Shown here one piece after another: positions 47,961-56,834 of a stretch of DNA of 64,000 bases. The stretch comes from Gammaproteobacteria bacterium (GTDB lineage Bacteria > Pseudomonadota > Gammaproteobacteria > Eutrophobiales > Eutrophobiaceae). The position numbers and the translations under genes are program-made. A model generated the notes under the pieces. The model was given only the letters and a program-made list of their open reading frames with translations. It was not told the origin of the DNA and ran no database searches. Each line of letters begins with the position of its first letter. Position 1 is the first letter of the stretch. The DNA is taken from positions 1,440,001 through 1,504,000 of the forward strand of contig OZ244905.1 in the NCBI GenBank assembly GCA_965221695.1, written 5' to 3'.

Positions 47961-48995
47961 TTAAGGCTTGAGCAGAATCTTGCCGATGCAATTTCCGCTG
48001 AGTAGCTTCTCCTGCGCCCTACCGCCTTCGGCCAGGGGAAATTCGCTGTCCACGACCGCCCGATAATCGCCCGCGCAATACTGCTCCCAGGCCGGCCCGA
48101 ATTCGTCATAACGAAACGCGTCTGAACCGAGGATTTTCAGGCCGATGCTGTACAAGTAGCCCAGGCTGGGGATGCGCGCGCTATCACCGGAGGTGGCGCC
48201 ACAAGTCACCAGGCGTCCACGCGGCCGCAGCGCTAGCAGCGAGGCTTCCCACAATGATGCGCCAACGTGATCCAATACCAGGTCAACGCCGGTTCCGCCG
48301 GTCATGTCCCGGGCCCAGGTCGCCACATCATCTTTGCGGCTATTGCAAACATGGTCAGCGCCGATTTCCAGAGCTGCCTCGCATTTTTCCCGACTACCGG
48401 CGCTGGCCAGAACAGTCGCTCCAGCCTGCTTCGCCCACTGGATGGCAGCGGTAGATACCCCACTGCCGGCGGCAAGCGCCAACACCGTCTCGCCGGCTTT
48501 GAGTTGGCCTACCTCGAACAGGGCGTGGTGCGCAGTCATCCAGCAGGTGGGAAACACCACGGCGGACTGCCACGACTTATCGTCCGGGATCGGATACAGG
48601 TGAGTCTCCGGCGCCAGGCACTTCTCTGCATAGCCGCCGGGAAAGACGCTGCCTATGACACCCAATTCACCGTATACATCATCCATACCGGCAAGCTTTG
48701 ACCCTGCCGGCGCTTCGACCATGGATGGGTTTACCAGCGCTCGGTCACCGGGTTTAAACTTGGTGACCTGCTCACCGATTTCCAATACTGTTCCGGCAAC
48801 ATCCATCCCGGAGATGTGCGGCAGGGTGAAACCCGGTACGGTGAACCAACCATTGCGCTGTATTACATCCAATCGGTTCACGGTCGTCATTGCAACCTCG
48901 ATCACCACATCCCGGAGTCCAGGCTCAGGATCCGGCACATCACGGTACTGCAACACATCAGGCCCTCCGTGTTGTTTATAGATCAGCGCTTTCAT
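47961..48995 (-). CDS. MDR family (quinone oxidoreductase-like) dehydrogenase
   Basis: GGPDVL, PHISGMDVAG, GGYAE, AAGSGVS, GKILL; Zn-binding cysteine cluster not evident. Confidence 0.88.
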   Translation of the reverse strand: MKALIYKQHGGPDVLQYRDVPDPEPGLRDVVIEVAMTTVNRLDVIQRNGWFTVPGFTLPHISGMDVAGTVLEIGEQVTKFKPGDRALVNPSMVEAPAGSKLAGMDDVYGELGVIGSVFPGGYAEKCLAPETHLYPIPDDKSWQSAVVFPTCWMTAHHALFEVGQLKAGETVLALAAGSGVSTAAIQWAKQAGATVLASAGSREKCEAALEIGADHVCNSRKDDVATWARDMTGGTGVDLVLDHVGASLWEASLLALRPRGRLVTCGATSGDSARIPSLGYLYSIGLKILGSDAFRYDEFGPAWEQYCAGDYRAVVDSEFPLAEGGRAQEKLLSGNCIGKILLKP

Positions 48996-49176
48996 GCAGC
49001 ATCCCCCCATCACGTAACAAATGATTCGGCATACTGGTATCATACACAAGTCAAATCAATGGAAAAGAGGACTTTAGTTGTTCCAGCGCCGCTTATGCCC
49101 AAATGCCAGACACAATTAACGGAGCGGCGGCCGGATAAAATCTTTTCCCAAGTATCCATACACTCGGAGAAATACC

Positions 49177-50799
49177 ATGTCAGCACAACACGCTGTTACG
49201 ACAATGGATTCGGACGATCTCGATGCCATTCTGGGAGTAGTAGCGGAAGGAGAGGTAAGTCTTCGCTCCTGGCTTCGGCAGTTGCGCGAAGCAGACCAAG
49301 TCAGACAGGTTCGATGCGAGGTGGATTCCAACCTGGAGTTGGGCGCAATCACCCGCGTCAACCTGGGACTGGCAGGCCCCGCGCTGCTGTTCGAGAACAT
49401 CAAGGGTTACCAGGATACCCGCTCGACCCGTTTCGTCACCTGCGGAATGGGCAACAAACGGCAATTATGCGCGTTGCTGGATCTGCCCGGGGACACTGCG
49501 GACAAGGCAATCGTGCGCCACCTCAAGGAGACCTATAACAACCCCGTGGGGCCGGTAATCGTGCCCCACTCACCGGTGAAGCAAAACGTCCTGAAAGGCC
49601 CCTCTATTGACCTGAAACAATTCCCGGCGCCGATCTGGCAAGAAATGGACGGGGGACGTTATCTGAACACGTTCTGCGGTGTCATAACCAAAGACCGTCA
49701 CACCGGACGGGAGAATATCGGCCTATACCGCGGGCAGGTCGTTGACAGGAACCATATTGCCATGGTCATGCTGCCAACCCAAGGCGGCGGCGGACACCTC
49801 ACAGGTTACCGGCAAAACCGGGAGAAAATGCCAGTCGCCATCGCCTACGGCGCCCACGACGTGACGCCGTTCTGCGCCGGCAGTCCATTTCCGCGCCATG
49901 TGTGTGAATGGGACATGATGGGAGCCATCCTGGGCAAGCCCATCGAACTGGTCAAGTGTGAAACTGTGGACCTGGTGGCGCCCGCAGGCACTGAGGTCAT
50001 CATCGAAGGTTATCTGGACCCGAATCCTGAAAGCTACCGCATGGAAGGTCCGTTCGGCGAGTACCCCGGCTATGCCGGCGGCACGCCGTCACCCAAGCCG
50101 ACCCTGGAAGTAACCTGCATCACCCATCGGGACAACCCCATCATGCGCGGCACCTTGGAGGGCTGCCGTCCCGGTTTTCCATCTGAGGATTCAATACTAT
50201 GTTCCTATAGCTGGTCGGCCATCTTCTGGAACATGCTGGAAACCGCCGGAGTGGTGGGCGTCACCGATGTCTGGTGCCCTCATGTCTCCACCGGCACACA
50301 TATCGTGGTGCAGATACGCAAACAGTACCGCGGCCATGCTCAGCAGGTGGCTATGGCTCTGTGGGGAACCAGCGCGGCCCAGTGGTTTTTCAAGCACGTG
50401 CTGGTGGTGGAGGAAGATATCGATATCCGCGATCCTCTTGCGCTGGAATGGGCGATCGCGTTCCGGGTCAACGCCGGTATGGATCAGGTCATGCTGGTCG
50501 GCCCGACATTTGGTTCGCCGCTGGACCCTTCCGTTTCCCATGACGCGCTGGACATGCCGCGCTTTCGCACCGGCAAGTGGACCCGGGTCCTGGTCGATGC
50601 CACCCGTAATTGGGAACTGGCTGAAAACGATGATTGGAACGGTCAGAGTTTCCCGCCTGTTGGCAAACTCGAACCGGAACTGGAGGAGAAAATCCGGGCG
50701 CGCTGGGCAGAATACGGTATCGGCATCCCCTACCTGGATGAGAACCAGCGGCAACAGCTAACTCTGGCCAATCTCAGGGATGTGCTGCCGTTTGTCTGA
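49177..50799 (+). CDS. UbiD family prFMN-dependent (de)carboxylase
   Basis: PALLFENIKG, DGGRY, NIGLYR, EGPFGEY, VVEEDID. Confidence 0.92.
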   Translation: MSAQHAVTTMDSDDLDAILGVVAEGEVSLRSWLRQLREADQVRQVRCEVDSNLELGAITRVNLGLAGPALLFENIKGYQDTRSTRFVTCGMGNKRQLCALLDLPGDTADKAIVRHLKETYNNPVGPVIVPHSPVKQNVLKGPSIDLKQFPAPIWQEMDGGRYLNTFCGVITKDRHTGRENIGLYRGQVVDRNHIAMVMLPTQGGGGHLTGYRQNREKMPVAIAYGAHDVTPFCAGSPFPRHVCEWDMMGAILGKPIELVKCETVDLVAPAGTEVIIEGYLDPNPESYRMEGPFGEYPGYAGGTPSPKPTLEVTCITHRDNPIMRGTLEGCRPGFPSEDSILCSYSWSAIFWNMLETAGVVGVTDVWCPHVSTGTHIVVQIRKQYRGHAQQVAMALWGTSAAQWFFKHVLVVEEDIDIRDPLALEWAIAFRVNAGMDQVMLVGPTFGSPLDPSVSHDALDMPRFRTGKWTRVLVDATRNWELAENDDWNGQSFPPVGKLEPELEEKIRARWAEYGIGIPYLDENQRQQLTLANLRDVLPFV

Positions 50800-50842
50800 C
50801 TGGTGTTTTGCTACATGGCCTATAGAGCCACCCTGAAGTTAA

Positions 50843-50995
50843 GGAAACTCTGAACAAGTCCATCCTGGACTTGTCAGAGTACGGAAAACAAAAATGCGAT
50901 TTTTGTTTTCCTCACAATATCAATGCCTTACAGTCATTGATATTGACGATACATCCTTGTATCGTAGGAACCTCTGAGACTTAATCAGAGGTTCC
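50843..50995. mobile_element. Full-length MITE with TTAA on both sides
   Basis: TTAA-GGAAACTCTGA...TCAGAGGTTCC-TTAA; five internal hairpins. Confidence 0.9.
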
Positions 50996-51013
50996 TTAAA
51001 ATAACTTCCGGCT

Positions 51014-52771
51014 TTACATGGCGCGCCGTAGCTGTGCCGTTTCAGCCCGGGCAATCGTATAATCGAAAGGAGCCCCGTCGCCGTGGATTGCGACTCCGTA
51101 TTGTTCTCGCGCGGCTTCGATGGAGACCAGGCCGTTGCGCACATCGCGCAGCACAGCTTCCGGATCGCGTTGCCGGGGGTCGCCGAAACCACCGCCGCCA
51201 CTGGAGACGATGGCCATGGTATCCCCCTGGTTTAGGGTATACATACGGTTGCCGTCAATCTGTTCCTTGCTGCCATCGGCGTGCTCCAGCGTCATCCGGT
51301 GCGGAACCGCGCCGCGCCCGCCGCATATGCCCAGGGGCGCAGTGAAATCACGGGCGCCACTGCCGAAATTAGCGCAAGCGATGTTATCGCCCTCAATGGT
51401 AAAGGTATAACGCACTCCAAAGCCGCCGCGCCATTGGCCCGGTCCGGCGCTGTCGGGTTCAATTTCGTACTCCACCAGTTTATACGGGGTCACCAGTTCA
51501 TGCAGTTCCGGGTCCGGCGCGCGCAATCCGCCCAGGGTAACCGGGGTGCCCACGTGATCCCAACCATCGTATCCGTTTACCGCGCCGCCGCCGCCCTTAC
51601 TCATGAAGTGGATATCCGCGAAGAAGCGGCCGGCTCCGGGGTGGATGCCCATAGTAGCTGGAGCGCACCAACGTCCCCACAGAGCTGGAACCTGTTCCGG
51701 TATGACCTGCGCCAGGGCCAGCCAGGTGGCTTCGATCATGGCCTCACCGACACACAGGGTGCAGCATGAGGTGGGCGCGGGTTCCGCCGCATTCACTATT
51801 GTTCCCGACGGCGCAATTACATGCAAAGGCCGCACCGCGCCGTCGTTGAAATCGATGTCGTTGCTGATGGCGCCGGTCGCAAACAAGGCCAGGTGGCTCA
51901 TGGCATTGGTGTTCGGCAGGGTGCTGTTGATGTAACCCGTAGCCTGCGGGTCGCTACCGGTATAATCAAAGGTGATGTTGTCGCCACTGACCTTCAGGGT
52001 AAGCCGCACCACCGGACTCTGGTCAAACACGATGCCGTCATGGTCTATGGCCCGTTCCGCGTAGTACTCGCCGTCCGGTATGGCGGCGATATCGGCGCGC
52101 ACCCGGCGCTCAGTGGCATCCAGTATTTGCGCAGTAGCGGCGGAGAGCGTCGCGACGCCGTACTGGTCCAGCAGCGTTATCAAGCGTCTTTCTCCCAGGT
52201 TGACCGCGCCGATCTGGCACTGTATGTCCCCCTCCACCAACTCCCTGGCGCGCACATTGAGCAGGATGAAATCCAACACATCTTCGCGCAGCGCGCCCTT
52301 GTCAGCCAGACGCAGGCATGGAATACGTAAAGCATCCTCCCAAGCATCCCGGGCTTGGGGGTTATAGCCAACCACGCCACCACCGCCCATGTCGGCATGA
52401 TGGCCCTTGGAAAGCAACCAGTAACACAACTGCCCGTCGCGAAATACCGGTTTCATGACGTTCAGATCCGGCGGATGGTTGTTGCCGCGGTAGGGATCGT
52501 TCAGCACGAACAGGTCGCCCTCGTGAATATCACCGGCAAAGCGTTCTGCAATCGCCTTGGCTGTGAACGGGGTGGATGCGGCAATGTCAGGGATATAAAT
52601 TGTTTGCGCTACCAGTTCCGTGTTGCGGTCGAAGATGGCAGTAGTGAAATCACGCGCCTCGGAAAATATCGGCGAACGTGAGGTACGCAACATGGTCTCA
52701 CCCATTTCTTTACAGATGGATGACAACCGTGCGCTGATGATGGCGACATCTACCGGATCAATTTGGCTCAT
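51014..52771 (-). CDS. Hydantoinase B/oxoprolinase family subunit
   Basis: RTSRSPIFSEARDF, NDPY, HHADMGG, DSAGPGQWRGG, GGGGFGDP. Confidence 0.92.
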   Translation of the reverse strand: MSQIDPVDVAIISARLSSICKEMGETMLRTSRSPIFSEARDFTTAIFDRNTELVAQTIYIPDIAASTPFTAKAIAERFAGDIHEGDLFVLNDPYRGNNHPPDLNVMKPVFRDGQLCYWLLSKGHHADMGGGGVVGYNPQARDAWEDALRIPCLRLADKGALREDVLDFILLNVRARELVEGDIQCQIGAVNLGERRLITLLDQYGVATLSAATAQILDATERRVRADIAAIPDGEYYAERAIDHDGIVFDQSPVVRLTLKVSGDNITFDYTGSDPQATGYINSTLPNTNAMSHLALFATGAISNDIDFNDGAVRPLHVIAPSGTIVNAAEPAPTSCCTLCVGEAMIEATWLALAQVIPEQVPALWGRWCAPATMGIHPGAGRFFADIHFMSKGGGGAVNGYDGWDHVGTPVTLGGLRAPDPELHELVTPYKLVEYEIEPDSAGPGQWRGGFGVRYTFTIEGDNIACANFGSGARDFTAPLGICGGRGAVPHRMTLEHADGSKEQIDGNRMYTLNQGDTMAIVSSGGGGFGDPRQRDPEAVLRDVRNGLVSIEAAREQYGVAIHGDGAPFDYTIARAETAQLRRAM

Positions 52772-52784
52772 TGGTTATATGCTC

Positions 52785-52818
52785 CTAAGGAACCTCTGAT
52801 TAAATCTCAGAGGTTGCC
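52785..52818. repeat. Short MITE remnant
   Basis: ctaaggaacctctgattaaatctcagaggttgcc. Confidence 0.7.
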
Positions 52819-52841
52819 TGATTTTATACACAGCGAAGTTC

Positions 52842-54932
52842 TTACACACGCGCCTGTGCGTTCTCTGTTGTGGATATAGACAGCAGGTAGTTCCCCCACT
52901 CATCACAGCTTAGCTGGGTATCGCCAGGCAATACGATGGTTGTGGTGGGCTGTTCGACAATAGCCGGGCCCGGCAGTTGGTTGCCTGGAGACAAAGCGAG
53001 GCCGTCGTAGACGGGCACGGTCATCATCCTGTTGTCGAACCAGGCGGGTCGTTTGCCTTTGCGGGCATGTTCTGCCGAGGGACTGCCGAGCGCGTATTTT
53101 TGTGTTTTCGGTTTCTTCGTAGCCCCGGTGGCGCTCAGACGCAGGTTGATAAGTTCTACTTCAGCATGGGTCATGCTATAGCCGAAGCGTTCATCGTGGA
53201 GACAGTGAAACCGGCTCACCAGTTGTTCCCAGGCTACACCATCCGCTTTGCCTTCGGCGAAGCCTGGCGTTTCAACCTCATTGAACTGGCCGGCATAACG
53301 CAGATCAGCGGAGAAATCCAGGTTAACATCGGCGCTGTCAACTTGTTCTTCGCTGAATGTGGCGCGCGCTATCTGGCTCATCTCTTGGATGGCATCGTTA
53401 ATGACCGCGAAATCCACCAGAGAGCCGACCATTGCGCAAGTGCGAATGTACGTGTGTTTCAAGTCGGACAGCAACATGCCGGCCGCGCAGAACACCGAGG
53501 ATTCCCGTGGCACAAGTAGCGTGTTGATGCCCAGCTCACGGGCGATGGGCGCAGCATGGATAGGGCCAGCGCCGCCGGCGACGATCATGGTGAACGCGCG
53601 CGGGTCCAGGCCGCGTTGCACAGTAACCACGGTCACGGCATTGCCCATGATCGAATTGGCCACCCGGTAGATTCCGTACGCGGCGTCTGTAACGGATAAC
53701 CCCAGCGGTCCGGCGACCCTGGTTTCAATGGCCCTGACAGCCGCGTCACGGTCGAGCTTGAGCGCCCCGCCGTGGAAGTAATCAGCATCCAGATATCCCA
53801 GCGCCAGATCCGCGTCGGTTACCGTGGGTTCTACCCCGCCGCGGCCATAACAGGCCGGCCCGGGATCGGCGCCGGCGCTGGCTGGGCCAACGCGCAATAT
53901 GCCGCCATCATCGACACTGGCTATCGACCCGCCGCCCGCTCCCACGGTGTGAATATCCAGCATGGGCGTCGCCACATGAAAACCGGCCACTTCATTTTCC
54001 GAGGTAACGGCGACACGCCCGTTTCGAACCAAGGCAACATCAAAACTGGTGCCGCCCATGTCCACACAAATAAGGTTTTTGTAATCGTGGGCGCTGCCAT
54101 AGTGAATCCCGGCGCCCGGACCGCCGGCGGGTCCAGACAGCAATGTGTTAACAGCAAAACGGCTCGTGACTCTGGGTGACATGCAACCACCGTTGGACTG
54201 CATGATGTTCAACACGCCGCGGAAGCCATTTTCAGTCAGACGCGCCTCCAGGTTATCCAGGTAACGGGCCAATGGCGGCCCCGTATAGGAATTCAAAGCT
54301 GTCGTGCTATGCCGTTCGTACACGCGTATCTGCGGCAATACTTCACTGGACAGGGAAATGTACACCTCGGGCAAAGCTTCCTGAAGGATTTCCCTTGTGC
54401 GCAACTCATGCGCCGGATTGAGAAACGACCACAAGTATGAGATTGCAACCGCCTCCACTTCGGCAGCGCGTAACACTGCCGCGGCGGCATGGACATCCTG
54501 TTCAATCAGGGGAGTGATGACCCGGCCGTTGGCGTCAATGCGTTCCGTTACCGTCAGCGTCAACGCGCGTTCAATCAGGACAGGCGGCGGCGCCAATTCC
54601 AGGTCGTAGCGCTCCCCGGTCTTCATGCCTCGGCGCATAGCCAACAGGTCGCGAAACCCGCGAGTGGTGATAAAGCCAGTGCGGGCCCCGCTTTGAGTCA
54701 GCACGGCATTGGTGGTAATCGTGGTTCCATGAACGATCGCATCCACCCGGGCGAGAAAATCCTGCAGACCGGTCCGGCTATCCTGCGCGGCCTGTTCCAG
54801 CGCGGCAAATACGCCCAGACTGGGATCAGCCGGTGTAGTGGGCGACTTGCAAATACGTGTCTTCCCTTGTTCATCACACACCAACAGGTCAGTAAAGGTG
54901 CCGCCGACATCGATGCCGATTTGATAACCCAT
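52842..54932 (-). CDS. Hydantoinase A/oxoprolinase family ATP-binding subunit
   Basis: IDVGGTFTD, HGTT, LSGPAGG, DMGGTSFD, GAGGGSIA, AGADPGPACY. Confidence 0.93.
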   Translation of the reverse strand: MGYQIGIDVGGTFTDLLVCDEQGKTRICKSPTTPADPSLGVFAALEQAAQDSRTGLQDFLARVDAIVHGTTITTNAVLTQSGARTGFITTRGFRDLLAMRRGMKTGERYDLELAPPPVLIERALTLTVTERIDANGRVITPLIEQDVHAAAAVLRAAEVEAVAISYLWSFLNPAHELRTREILQEALPEVYISLSSEVLPQIRVYERHSTTALNSYTGPPLARYLDNLEARLTENGFRGVLNIMQSNGGCMSPRVTSRFAVNTLLSGPAGGPGAGIHYGSAHDYKNLICVDMGGTSFDVALVRNGRVAVTSENEVAGFHVATPMLDIHTVGAGGGSIASVDDGGILRVGPASAGADPGPACYGRGGVEPTVTDADLALGYLDADYFHGGALKLDRDAAVRAIETRVAGPLGLSVTDAAYGIYRVANSIMGNAVTVVTVQRGLDPRAFTMIVAGGAGPIHAAPIARELGINTLLVPRESSVFCAAGMLLSDLKHTYIRTCAMVGSLVDFAVINDAIQEMSQIARATFSEEQVDSADVNLDFSADLRYAGQFNEVETPGFAEGKADGVAWEQLVSRFHCLHDERFGYSMTHAEVELINLRLSATGATKKPKTQKYALGSPSAEHARKGKRPAWFDNRMMTVPVYDGLALSPGNQLPGPAIVEQPTTTIVLPGDTQLSCDEWGNYLLSISTTENAQARV

Positions 54933-54951
54933 ATTGTTCAGTAATGTTTAA

Positions 54952-55102
54952 TGAAGCTCTGAACAAGTTCATCCTGGACTTGTCAGAGCACGCAAAACAA
55001 AAATGCGATTTTTGTTTTGCTGTCAAAATCAATGACGTATCGTCACTGATTTTGGCGATACATCCCTGTATCGCAGGAAACTCTGACTTAATCAGAGTTT
55101 CC
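54952..55102. mobile_element. Full-length diverged MITE copy flanked by TTAA
   Basis: Same five-hairpin layout with compensatory base changes. Confidence 0.85.
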
Positions 55103-55222
55103 TTAAGTGAGTCAGAAGCTCCTACGGTACAGAGATGTATCGCCCTATGTCAACCGGCGCCTGCCCCGCGACAAAACCTGTGTTAAACTTTTCAACAGAT
55201 CCGCACCTGACACGCCAGCGAT

Positions 55223-55624
55223 ATGACAGAACAACTGTTACCCTCCGACTTCGCCGACCTGGAGCTATTCGCCGATTGGGCGTTGGCCAATGAAGCCGAC
55301 CGGCTGCAAAAACGCCTTGCCTCTTCGATGGAAGACATCCAGGCGTTCCATGCCGCTATGCTGGCTCGTGTAGAGGACGCGCTGGAATACCTGAACGGCT
55401 TTCCCCTGGACCAGTTGCCGCAACCTGAACAACGTCTCCTGAACCTGACCCTGTCTCTTGCCGAGGTCTGGGTTGCCGTGGAATTGTACAAACAACCGGA
55501 CCATCCTTTTGGTCTGGACATGAGGCGCTTCGTTCCGGGCGAGGCGACTCTGTTCCTCCCGTCTAACCGGGCGCCCGACCCGCAGCAGGAACTTGACAGA
55601 GCAGGCCATGGAACTGTCCCATAA
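55223..55624 (+). CDS. Conserved hypothetical protein, probable partner of the Rieske oxygenase
   Basis: LPSDFADLE.FADWAL..E..R..KRLASSME.IQAF resembles small proteins I recall beside Rieske genes; overlaps the Rieske start. Confidence 0.7.
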   Translation: MTEQLLPSDFADLELFADWALANEADRLQKRLASSMEDIQAFHAAMLARVEDALEYLNGFPLDQLPQPEQRLLNLTLSLAEVWVAVELYKQPDHPFGLDMRRFVPGEATLFLPSNRAPDPQQELDRAGHGTVP

Positions 55625-56813
55625 AACGCGCACAGCAAAGTATCCTGAACTGGGAACAGATCCGATCCCCATTCAGCCCTGCATTGACCCGGAGGTATTC
55701 AAAGCGGAGCGGGAAGCTGTATTCCGCCGCTCCTGGCTGAATTTGGGTCGGATCGAACTGATCCCCGAGGCAGGCGATTATTTCGTCAGAGATATCGAAG
55801 TGTGTTTTACCTCGGTCCTCGTAGTGCGCGGACGCGATAACGTCATCCGGGCATTTCATAATATGTGTTCGCACCGGGCCAACCAGGTGGTCTGGAAAAA
55901 TCGCGGCAAATGCCGTGGCTCTTTCGTGTGCCCGTTCCACGGCTGGGCCTTTGATACCCGGGGCAAGCTGATCAACATGACTGACAAGGAAAACTTTTTT
56001 GCCGGCCCCGATGCCGATCTGGATATGACCGAGATCCAGACCGATGTCTGGAACGGTTTCATATTCATCCGCCTCAAACCGCAGGATGATCAGACACTGG
56101 AGGAGTACCTGGAACCGGTTTCAACATCCCTGAAGGACTATCCGTTTGCCGAATTGACCCGGCGCGAATGGTACCGTGTGGACGAGAAAGTGAATTGGAA
56201 GGCGCTACTGGACGCGCAACTGGAAGGCTGGCATGTGCCGTTCCTGCACAAGAACAGCCTGGCCCGGTCAACCTCTGCGGCCGGCATGCTGCTACGTCAC
56301 AGTATTCTGGAAGCTCTCGGCCCCCACGCGCTGGTTGGCACGGAACCGCCACCGGTATTCAATCCTACGCCGGTGGGCAAGGTAAGCCTGAAATACGGCA
56401 TTGGCGCGTACGATGCGTTTGCTTTTACTGAACCGCGGCGCACGGATGCGGACAAATACAACCTCAGAGGCGCGATGAACCTGTACTTCATCTTCCCCAA
56501 CGTCATCATGGGCCTGATGCGGGACTGTTATTGGATGTATAACGTGTGGCCGCTTGCCGTGGACCGAACAATATGGGAGATCGGCGTGAACACGGCGCCG
56601 CCGCGCAACGCGGGAGAGTTGTTTTGTCAGGAATACAACAAGATCGGACTACGCGATACCTTGATGGAAGACACCGCCACCCATGAAAAGGTACAGCAAG
56701 TATTAAAATCCGGCGCCAAGGAACATTTCCATTTCCAGGATGAGGAGCTGGCATTGAGGAACTTCCACCACGCAGTGGACGCCTGCCTGGCAAAACTCCC
56801 GCCCAAGAGTTAA
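55608..56813 (+). CDS. Rieske ring-hydroxylating oxygenase alpha subunit
   Basis: CSH...CPFHGW cluster ligands; EGWHVPFLH and ED iron ligands. Confidence 0.92.
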   Translation: MELSHKTRTAKYPELGTDPIPIQPCIDPEVFKAEREAVFRRSWLNLGRIELIPEAGDYFVRDIEVCFTSVLVVRGRDNVIRAFHNMCSHRANQVVWKNRGKCRGSFVCPFHGWAFDTRGKLINMTDKENFFAGPDADLDMTEIQTDVWNGFIFIRLKPQDDQTLEEYLEPVSTSLKDYPFAELTRREWYRVDEKVNWKALLDAQLEGWHVPFLHKNSLARSTSAAGMLLRHSILEALGPHALVGTEPPPVFNPTPVGKVSLKYGIGAYDAFAFTEPRRTDADKYNLRGAMNLYFIFPNVIMGLMRDCYWMYNVWPLAVDRTIWEIGVNTAPPRNAGELFCQEYNKIGLRDTLMEDTATHEKVQQVLKSGAKEHFHFQDEELALRNFHHAVDACLAKLPPKS

Positions 56814-56834
56814 CCTGAATGGCAAAGCCGCGCT

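Noticed and set aside
50797-50853. UGA read-through of ubiD as a selenoprotein extension
   Set aside because: The extension is short, runs into the MITE, and has no redox motif or evident SECIS; arsC and trxA use ordinary Cys codons
54944-55186. 80-aa ORF (and similar ORFs at 50920-51201, 30639-30863 and 20445-20654)
   Set aside because: Translations of MITE sequence, not real genes
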